This document shows positions 40,341-45,618 of a DNA stretch of 45,618 bases, one piece after another. Under the pieces are notes generated by a model. It saw only the letters and a program-made list of their open reading frames with translations, did not search any database and had not been told where the DNA came from. The position numbers were made by a program, and so were the translations under genes. Position 1 is the first letter of the stretch. The number at the start of each line of letters is the position of its first letter. The DNA is from a virus: positions 1 through 45,618 of IMG/VR virus record IMGVR_UViG_3300047440_000231. One strand, given 5' to 3'.

Positions 40341-41641
40341 GGCGTGCTCTCCTTTGCTGCGTCCACCGCCTTCGCCGCGGGCTTGTGGCGCCGGTCGAGT
40401 GCGCTCTTAAGCACCACCTGCATTTCCTTCGACATCAGCTTCCATGCCGCTTGCAGCGAGCCGACGCCAAGCTTCGCGGCGACCTCGAGCAAGTTGTCAG
40501 CCGCAGCTATCTGCTCGCTGTTGGGCTCCCTATCGTCCGCAGTCGGGCCGGCCGTGTCTTCCCTGGGAGGGGTGGTGACATCAGCCGGCCCGTCTGGCCT
40601 CGCATCGCCGGGGGCATCTCCATGGTTGGAGCGATGCGGGGAAGCTTCGAGATCGGGCGTGCGCTGCCATGCGCGGTAGTCGGCGACGAGCTGGCGCCAT
40701 TTGGCAGCGGCAAGCGTATGCGGATCAGCAAGGCGAGCGCGGCTACTCACGCCGCAAATCTGGCGCACGAAAACTGCGGCAAGCTCTGAATTTTCCTTGG
40801 GATTTTTCGTGAGCGTCATGCCGTGTATTTCGTGGAGAAAATTCCAAAACGCCTCCTTGCTGCACAGCGTTCCCGCCTGCGCTACCGGACCGAGCGCATC
40901 CCACTTGTCGCTCCACTCTGGCGGCATGTCGGCCTCGTCCTGCCACAGGATATGCGGCTCATCGAGCGGCGGCGGCTCGGGCCGCGTGCGTGCCGCCTCG
41001 ATCAGGCTGGCGCCGCGCCGTTCGCCCCATGCGTCGATGATCTCCTCGGCAGATCGATCGTCATCGCGTTTGGACGACGACATTTCGTCGGTCGTGTAGA
41101 GACCGGAAAGCTCCTGCGGAAACGCTTTGCGCAGCGCGAGCGCCTCGGCGCACTTCGCAATCATGACGTCGGCCATCCGCGCCCACATCATCGTCAGGTC
41201 GCCGCCCTTCTTGGTCTGCGCATAGGCGCGGAAGCGGGCGACGCCCCATGCAGGCTCCTTGAAGCCATTGCGCACCACGCCGACCTTGGCAGCGGCCGGC
41301 GGCTTGTCGGACGTCCACACGTCTTTCCATTCGCCGTCTTCGCCGCACCAGAACGGGCCGACTTGACCAGCGTATTCCTTGGTGCGGCTCGCCACGAGAC
41401 GGAAACCGTCGATCGACGTCTGAATGCCCATGACCTCGCGGTTCTGCTGGCCGTCCCATCGCTTGATCGCATAAATCTGGCGCGCAAACGGATCGAGGCC
41501 GGTGCGGTCGCATTGGTACATGAACAGCTTGAACTCGTCGTCGGTCGAGCCTTTGCAGATCGTCCGCTTGATCAGGTCGACCTGATCGTCGGTGAAGCGC
41601 GAGACCTGCTGCGCGGGGCGCGTCGCTGGGAGATTATGCAT
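40337..41641 (-). CDS. Bet/RecT-family single-strand annealing protein with a long C-terminal extension
   Basis: The N-terminal ~190 aa carry [26 protein letters not shown]...SIDGFRLVA...[24 protein letters not shown]. The remaining ~240 aa carry no signature I recognise. Confidence 0.8.
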   Translation of the reverse strand: MHNLPATRPAQQVSRFTDDQVDLIKRTICKGSTDDEFKLFMYQCDRTGLDPFARQIYAIKRWDGQQNREVMGIQTSIDGFRLVASRTKEYAGQVGPFWCGEDGEWKDVWTSDKPPAAAKVGVVRNGFKEPAWGVARFRAYAQTKKGGDLTMMWARMADVMIAKCAEALALRKAFPQELSGLYTTDEMSSSKRDDDRSAEEIIDAWGERRGASLIEAARTRPEPPPLDEPHILWQDEADMPPEWSDKWDALGPVAQAGTLCSKEAFWNFLHEIHGMTLTKNPKENSELAAVFVRQICGVSSRARLADPHTLAAAKWRQLVADYRAWQRTPDLEASPHRSNHGDAPGDARPDGPADVTTPPREDTAGPTADDREPNSEQIAAADNLLEVAAKLGVGSLQAAWKLMSKEMQVVLKSALDRRHKPAAKAVDAAKESTP

Positions 41642-41822
41642 GTGGCCACACCATCCTCAGGATCGGCCTCACGACGTAGGCCATGAACAGCACGAAGCCG
41701 GCGCACGTGAGCGCGAGCACGATGGCATGCGCGATGCGGAAGCGGACCTCGTGATAGGCCGGCCGAATGTGCGATAGCCCATAGTTGCGGGCGCTGAATA
41801 GCGGTAGTCTGCGCGGGATCAT
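41634..41822 (-). CDS. Small membrane protein (62 aa)
   Basis: TM segment [22 protein letters not shown] overlap upstream. Confidence 0.5.
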   Translation of the reverse strand: MIPRRLPLFSARNYGLSHIRPAYHEVRFRIAHAIVLALTCAGFVLFMAYVVRPILRMVWPHA

Positions 41823-42328
41823 GTGTTTGCCTCGCTGAGTTGCGCGACGAGTTCGTCCGTCACGGCGGCGATCCGCTCATTGGTCGCGCGCAGGATTTCG
41901 ATGCGCTTGACGGCATGGCGCACAGTGGTCGGGTCGCGCCCGCCGAATACGGTCCCGGTGCGCGGATAGGACAGGCCGCCGTGGCGGATGCATAGCCACA
42001 TGCCGACATGGCGCGGTTCCAGGTACGGCCCATGGCGCGACTCGCCGATCAGCTCAGCGACCGAGAAGCTGTAGCGCACGGCGACCATCTTGCGGATCTG
42101 ATGGCCAATATTGTAGCCGGGCCGATAGCGGGGCAGCGGCATGGGCAATAGGCTCTGGTCGAGCGTGTCGGGGTCCGGCTCGGGCAGTGCGATGACGGGC
42201 TTCGGGGGCGGTGGTGCGGCGATCATCACGACAGGCGGCGGTGCCTTCATCATCCGCCGGCGCGCGATGACTGCGCGGCTGCTGGCGACGACGTCCTGGG
42301 CGGTGTGGCACTCGACCGGGAGGATCAT
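41819..42328 (-). CDS. DnaA C-terminal (domain IV) HTH-only protein
   Basis: Start at Met115 of track ORF 41819..42670 (ATGA overlap). RHVGMWLCIRHGGLSYPRTGTVFGGRDPTTVRHAVKRIE matches the Bac_DnaA_C pattern (R..AMYL...S...IG..FGGRDHTTV.HA..KI). Confidence 0.65.
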   Translation of the reverse strand: MILPVECHTAQDVVASSRAVIARRRMMKAPPPVVMIAAPPPPKPVIALPEPDPDTLDQSLLPMPLPRYRPGYNIGHQIRKMVAVRYSFSVAELIGESRHGPYLEPRHVGMWLCIRHGGLSYPRTGTVFGGRDPTTVRHAVKRIEILRATNERIAAVTDELVAQLSEANT

Positions 42329-42648
42329 GCGGCCCTCGGGATGCGGATGTTGCAGTGTTTTTCCACGAAAGTTTTGATGCGGCCACCGGGCCGCGTCTGA
42401 TCGTGATCGAAGTCCGCGTTGATGATGCGCGCGATCTGCTCGGCCACAGCTTCGGTGACGTTGCGCGACCAGCCCTCGTGCGGGTTCATCTCGACGATGT
42501 AGTGGATGCCGCTGATCTGGCCGGCGGCGATGTCGATGACCGTCTGCGGGAGCGACATGGCGTCGGTCACGGTGCGCTCGTTGATGATGTCGGTGTCGCC
42601 CGCGCGCGAGAACACGACGTAGAATGAGCGATCGAGATTGAGGGTCAT
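42325..42648 (-). CDS. Hypothetical protein (107 aa)
   Basis: Met47 of the track ORF. ATGA overlaps at both ends. Confidence 0.55.
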   Translation of the reverse strand: MTLNLDRSFYVVFSRAGDTDIINERTVTDAMSLPQTVIDIAAGQISGIHYIVEMNPHEGWSRNVTEAVAEQIARIINADFDHDQTRPGGRIKTFVEKHCNIRIPRAA

Positions 42649-42836
42649 GAGTTCCAGTCCTTGATGCCATCCGCGATCCAGTAGATCGTCAGCGGGATAG
42701 TGACGAGCCAGAAAAGCCCGAACCACGGGCTCAGATCCATGACGCATTTCACGATGAAACCGTCTGTCGCGAGAATTGCACCGCAAACCAGAATGATCAG
42801 GGTGCGCATATCATTCAGAGGACTAAAGCTGTTCAC
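42645..42836 (-). CDS. Small membrane protein
   Basis: GTG start in a GTGA overlap with the upstream stop (alternative ATG at 42809). Two hydrophobic helices. Confidence 0.5.
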   Translation of the reverse strand: MNSFSPLNDMRTLIILVCGAILATDGFIVKCVMDLSPWFGLFWLVTIPLTIYWIADGIKDWNS

Positions 42837-43189
42837 GACGCCACCTCCGCGCCGACAGTCTTCGCCGCCCACGCCTCGAACAGGTCGGCAAGCTCGTTTG
42901 CGCTCACGGGCTTGGCCTCGCCCAGCACCTCGGATGCAAACTGCTTCATCTCGGTGTAGGTCAGCCGGACCACCCAATGCGCGATCTGCTCGCGATCGGT
43001 GCGCGGCGGCTCCTCGGGTGCCTCCTGGTCGATGAACTCGCGCAGCTCACCGAGGTGCTGATCAGCCTGATCGAGCGCGGCTGGGAGCGATGAGGCCCGC
43101 GGCAGCCCGAGCCGGCCGCCGTGGAGATCGTGGATGGCGGCAATCTCGGCCGAGTGATTGCCCTTGGGCATATAGTCCTTGAACGCCAT
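42833..43189 (-). CDS. Hypothetical protein (118 aa), first gene of the leftward early operon
   Basis: Met112 of track ORF 42833..43522 (MAFKDYMPKG...). The upstream part of that ORF is Arg-rich and non-genic in appearance. Confidence 0.6.
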   Translation of the reverse strand: MAFKDYMPKGNHSAEIAAIHDLHGGRLGLPRASSLPAALDQADQHLGELREFIDQEAPEEPPRTDREQIAHWVVRLTYTEMKQFASEVLGEAKPVSANELADLFEAWAAKTVGAEVAS

Positions 43190-43234
43190 GGCTGGCCCCT
43201 TGCTTTTTGGTTCGACCTGTGCATACTGCGACGA
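43190..43234. promoter_or_regulatory. Divergent early control region
   Basis: Lies between the divergent starts at 43189 (-) and 43235 (+). Plus-strand TTGCTT (43200-05)-N16-CATACT (43222-27). A minus-strand TTGACA lies at 43252-43247, inside the RHH 5' end. Confidence 0.4.
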
Positions 43235-43417
43235 ATGCAAATGGATGTCAAGCGAACTCAGATGAAAAAAGACACCGCGATCACATTCCGCCTCGCGGCG
43301 CCGCTCAAGAAGGCACTCGCACGCGAAGCTCGGCAAGAGCGCCGCTCGCTGGCCTCTTACGTCGAGAAGATCCTGGCTGACCGGAAGAAAGAGTCCTCGG
43401 TCGAGGCGGGCGAATGA
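43235..43417 (+). CDS. Ribbon-helix-helix regulator
   Basis: KKDTAITFRLAAPLKKALAREARQERRSLASYVEKILA is an RHH pattern. ATG 43235 lies 8 nt after the -10 (leaderless geometry). The alternative ATG at 43262 has no SD. Confidence 0.6.
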   Translation: MQMDVKRTQMKKDTAITFRLAAPLKKALAREARQERRSLASYVEKILADRKKESSVEAGE

Positions 43418-43830
43418 GCGTGGCTCGAGCTTGGGCGCCGCCGGTGACGCAGGATAGACCCTTTGCCCTGCCGCTGTCCGAAAACGACATCCAGCGCGCC
43501 GTCTTCTCGCACCTGCGAACACGCGGGGCGCCCGGCATCGTGGCGTTCCACCCCAAGAACGGCGGCATCCACCAGCGCGGCCGGGCCCGGGGCATCAATT
43601 CGGGCCTCGGCGTGCTGACCGGGACGGCGGACGTGATCGTGATCGCGCCACCGGCGGGCCGGGTCTACGCGCTGGAACTCAAGGGACCCAAGGGCAAGCC
43701 CACAGTCGAGCAGCTATCGTTCCTGGACCGCGTGCGTGCGGCGGGTGGCGAGGCAGCCTGCATCGAAGGGCTCGACCAGGCGCTCGCTTGGCTTGAGGCA
43801 AGAGGCATCCTGAAAGGGACGGCGGCATGA
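43414..43830 (+). CDS. VRR-NUC domain nuclease
   Basis: PD-(D/E)xK core GTADVIVI...YALELKGPKGKPTVEQLSF, plus ENDIQRAVFSHLR. ATGA overlaps. Confidence 0.75.
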   Translation: MSVARAWAPPVTQDRPFALPLSENDIQRAVFSHLRTRGAPGIVAFHPKNGGIHQRGRARGINSGLGVLTGTADVIVIAPPAGRVYALELKGPKGKPTVEQLSFLDRVRAAGGEAACIEGLDQALAWLEARGILKGTAA

Positions 43831-44045
43831 TCCCCCGCCAGTACACCGACCTATCCCCGCCCAAGGCCGTGCCACCCGCACCGAACAGCCGGCCATGCGA
43901 CCTGATGGGGCTGACGAATGAGACATGCCGGTTTCCCATCACGGATGCCGCCCCACACCGGTTCTGCGGGGCGCCTGAGTGCGACAATGCGAACGGGGTA
44001 ATCTACTGCAGCCATCATTACCGATACGCCCGTGGCGCGCGCTAG
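43827..44045 (+). CDS. GcrA C-terminal-domain-like protein (72 aa)
   Basis: ETCRFPITDAAPHRFCGAPECDNANGVIYCSHHYRYA parallels the GcrA C-terminus (C-K-W-P-I-G...F-x-F-C-G...P-Y-C-x-x-H...A-Y). The N-terminal DNA-binding half is absent. Confidence 0.55.
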   Translation: MIPRQYTDLSPPKAVPPAPNSRPCDLMGLTNETCRFPITDAAPHRFCGAPECDNANGVIYCSHHYRYARGAR

Positions 44046-44062
44046 CCTGTTGCGAGGACACT

Positions 44063-44305
44063 ATGAAAAAACAGCGACAGCCGACCATGACCCTGAAAAA
44101 GGCGATGGATTGCATGCACCGCATCGGCACCTGCATGGTCAAGATGCGCGCCGCGGAGAGCCCGGACGGGTTTGCCTATTACCTCGTGCCCGGCGGGCGC
44201 GTGTCGACCGAGATCGCCGACAAGATCAAGGCGCGGCCGGATGTGAGCGCCGGGTCGGATGGGCTATTTCCGGGGCATGACCAGACATGGCGCATCATCG
44301 TGTGA
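44063..44305 (+). CDS. Hypothetical protein (80 aa)
   Basis: Met29 of the track ORF, with SD GAGGA. Confidence 0.55.
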   Translation: MKKQRQPTMTLKKAMDCMHRIGTCMVKMRAAESPDGFAYYLVPGGRVSTEIADKIKARPDVSAGSDGLFPGHDQTWRIIV

Positions 44306-44360
44306 ACCTGTTGCGTCCCCGCCGCCGATCGCGTAGATTGCCTGCGTCGGCTGATCCCCG

Positions 44361-44404
44361 ATACGTTTAGGGCTGGCCCACCCCTGGTCTCACACGGGGG
44401 TGGG
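44361..44404 (+). promoter_or_regulatory. Partial motif copy (GATACGTT) followed by an 8-bp GC hairpin
   Basis: ATACGTT at 44361-44367, then CCCACCCC-N12-GGGGTGGG (44377-44404). Lies in the gap before the replication genes. Confidence 0.35.
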
Positions 44405-44436
44405 CATAGTCCGCCCCTCTAGCCCGGTGAGACGGG

Positions 44437-45036
44437 ATGAAACTCACGCCCAAAAACTGGTCTGCATTTCAGCATTACCGCGACCGCAAGCCCGCGTGGA
44501 TCAAACTCCACCGCGGGCTTCTTGATGACTACGAGTTCGCATGCTTGCCGGTTGCTAGCAGAGCGCTAGCACCGATGCTCTGGCTACTCGCGAGTGAGTA
44601 CCAGGATGGGGCAATCGACGCCTCCGAGGCCGAAATCGCATTTCGCGCGCGCATGTCGGTCGCTGATCTCGTCTCTGCTCTAACCCCTCTGATTGATAAG
44701 GGCTTTTTCGTTGCTAGCAACATGCTAGCAGAGTGCAAGCATGTTGCTATCCCAGAGAGAGAGAAAGAGAGAGAGGGAGAGACAGAGAAACAAGAACAGA
44801 AGAAAGATGCTGCTCCGCAGCCTTCGAGCTTGGAAAAGCAGCTCTACGATCGAGGCAAGGCCGTGCTGGGAGGCACAGCCGGCGGACTCATCCGCAATCT
44901 GGTCAAAGCCAAGAATGGCGACGTCGCTTTGGCTCGAGCCGCAATCGAGACTGCATCGACCAAGCAGGATCCGCGCGAATACGTCTCACGCATCGTCGCT
45001 GGTCGCGACGAAAAACCGTACAGCCCGATCATATGA
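44437..45036 (+). CDS. Replication-initiator-like protein (O/DnaD-like role inferred)
   Basis: Sits upstream of the primase-helicase. The N-terminal KNWSAFQHYRDRKPAWIKLHRGLLDDYEF..LWLLAS resembles DUF1376-type phage replication proteins (from memory). Contains iteron-like repeats. Confidence 0.45.
   Translation: MKLTPKNWSAFQHYRDRKPAWIKLHRGLLDDYEFACLPVASRALAPMLWLLASEYQDGAIDASEAEIAFRARMSVADLVSALTPLIDKGFFVASNMLAECKHVAIPEREKEREGETEKQEQKKDAAPQPSSLEKQLYDRGKAVLGGTAGGLIRNLVKAKNGDVALARAAIETASTKQDPREYVSRIVAGRDEKPYSPII
44551..44733. repeat. Iteron-like repeats around GCTAGC
   Basis: GTTGCTAGCA occurs at 44551-60 and 44710-19. TGCTAGCAGAG occurs at 44553-63 and 44723-33. There are four GCTAGC palindromes within ~180 bp. 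Confidence 0.6.
44754..44807 (+). repeat. Polypurine (GA-rich) tract
   Basis: 29 uninterrupted purines (44754-44782), extended to ~54 nt with only three C. Encodes PEREKEREGETEKQEQKK. Confidence 0.7.
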
Positions 45037-45317
45037 AAACCGGTCTCGACATCCTGCGATCGCATCGCATCGAAGCTCCGGCCACCGTCGGACGCCACCT
45101 CGTCATCTGCCCTGAATGCTCTCACCTGCGTCGAAAGAAACGCGACCGCTGCCTGTCGGTCCTGGTCGACCATGACGGCGTGCGCTGGAACTGCCATCAC
45201 TGCGGTTGGCATGGAGGAGAATTCAATGAAAACGCTCGGCCCGATCGGACAGGCATTCCTCGAAACCCGCGGGATCGACCCCGAGCTGGCGGTGCGTTTA
45301 GGAATATATACAGCTAA
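45033..45317 (+). CDS. Primase-type zinc-ribbon ORF (stand-alone or frameshift partner of the primase-helicase)
   Basis: ICPECSH...WNCHHCGW is a CxxC...CxxC motif. ATGA overlap upstream. The last ~30 codons are Arg/Pro-rich and overlap 45226.. in another frame. Confidence 0.55.
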   Translation: MKTGLDILRSHRIEAPATVGRHLVICPECSHLRRKKRDRCLSVLVDHDGVRWNCHHCGWHGGEFNENARPDRTGIPRNPRDRPRAGGAFRNIYS

Positions 45318-45618
45318 ACGGGTCAGCTACGAGACGCTGCCGAGCGAATCCGGAGACGTCATCGCGTTCCCGTTCATCGAGGCGGACAAGACCGTGAACG
45401 TCAAATTTCGCGCCACCAAGGCCAAGGATTTCTGGCAGACCGCCGGTGGCCGCTGCACGTTCTGGAACGCCGAGGCGCTTCAGGATCCGGCGTTCACGGC
45501 CGGCCGAATGCCGCTGATCATCACCGAGGGCGAACTCGACGCGATGACGGCGATCCAGTGCGGGTTCCCCCTCGCGGTCTCGGTGCCCGACGGCGCGCCG
45601 CCGCCGCTCAATGCCGCG
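45226..45618 (+). CDS. Primase-helicase, 5' part (continues at position 128 of the unit, i.e. 1..1231)
   Basis: ATG 6 nt after SD GGAGGAG. MKTLGPIGQAFLETRGIDPELAVRLGIY.. leads into the Toprim domain. The whole gene is 1497 nt (498 aa) across the junction. Confidence 0.8.
   Translation, partial: MKTLGPIGQAFLETRGIDPELAVRLGIYTAKRVSYETLPSESGDVIAFPFIEADKTVNVKFRATKAKDFWQTAGGRCTFWNAEALQDPAFTAGRMPLIITEGELDAMTAIQCGFPLAVSVPDGAPPPLNAA
45492..45618. repeat. Terminal direct repeat, copy 2 (identical to 1..127)
   Basis: See copy 1. Confidence 0.95.

Noticed and set aside
40823-41686. Plus-strand 287-aa ORF opposite the Bet/RecT gene
   Set aside because: It is an antisense artefact. The minus-strand frame carries the clear annealase signature.
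41819-42670. Full 283-aa version of the DnaA-like ORF, and similar long N-terminal extensions of 42325..42786, 42645..42977 and 42833..43522
   Set aside because: The extensions are Arg/His-rich and overlap the upstream gene. Internal starts create ATGA/GTGA couplings consistent with the rest of the operon.
1-45618. Lysogeny module, diversity-generating retroelement, CRISPR array, tRNA/rRNA genes
   Set aside because: I looked for a tyrosine or serine recombinase, a reverse transcriptase with template/variable repeats, and spaced direct repeats. None was recognised by eye, and absence is not proven without HMM scans.

Overview
This 45,618-bp window is a complete genome of a high-G+C tailed phage. 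Bases 1-127 recur exactly at 45492-45618, so the non-redundant unit is 45,491 bp (circular or circularly permuted), and the primase-helicase gene runs across the junction. Layout: (i) a plus-strand regulatory/replication operon, 43235 -> 2378 through the junction: RHH regulator, VRR-NUC nuclease, GcrA-C-terminal-like protein, replication-initiator-like protein with internal iteron-like repeats, Zn-ribbon ORF, Toprim/DnaB-like primase-helicase, and a run of micro membrane proteins. (ii) A small minus-strand island, 2254-3860, with an HNH endonuclease. (iii) A plus-strand late region, 4196-33123: terS, terL, T7-gp8-like portal, scaffold, major capsid, accessory and fibre genes, gp11/gp12-like tail tube proteins, three internal-virion-type proteins, beta-helix tailspikes, and a lysis cassette containing an SGNH esterase and a class-3 lipase. 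(iv) A minus-strand early operon, 43189 -> 33120, of about 30 small genes, including a Bet/RecT-type annealase, a DnaA-domain-IV-only protein, a beta-class DNA methyltransferase and an RHH regulator. I recognised no tRNA, rRNA, CRISPR array, integrase, DNA polymerase or RNA polymerase. The strongest non-genic signal is an orientation-specific 11-mer, ATACGTTGCCG, at late intercistronic junctions. Start/stop overlaps of 4 nt (ATGA/GTGA) are pervasive. The ORF track shows GTG/TTG starts as M, and I trimmed several starts accordingly. All calls come from reading the sequence and ORF translations against remembered family signatures; no searches or computations were run.
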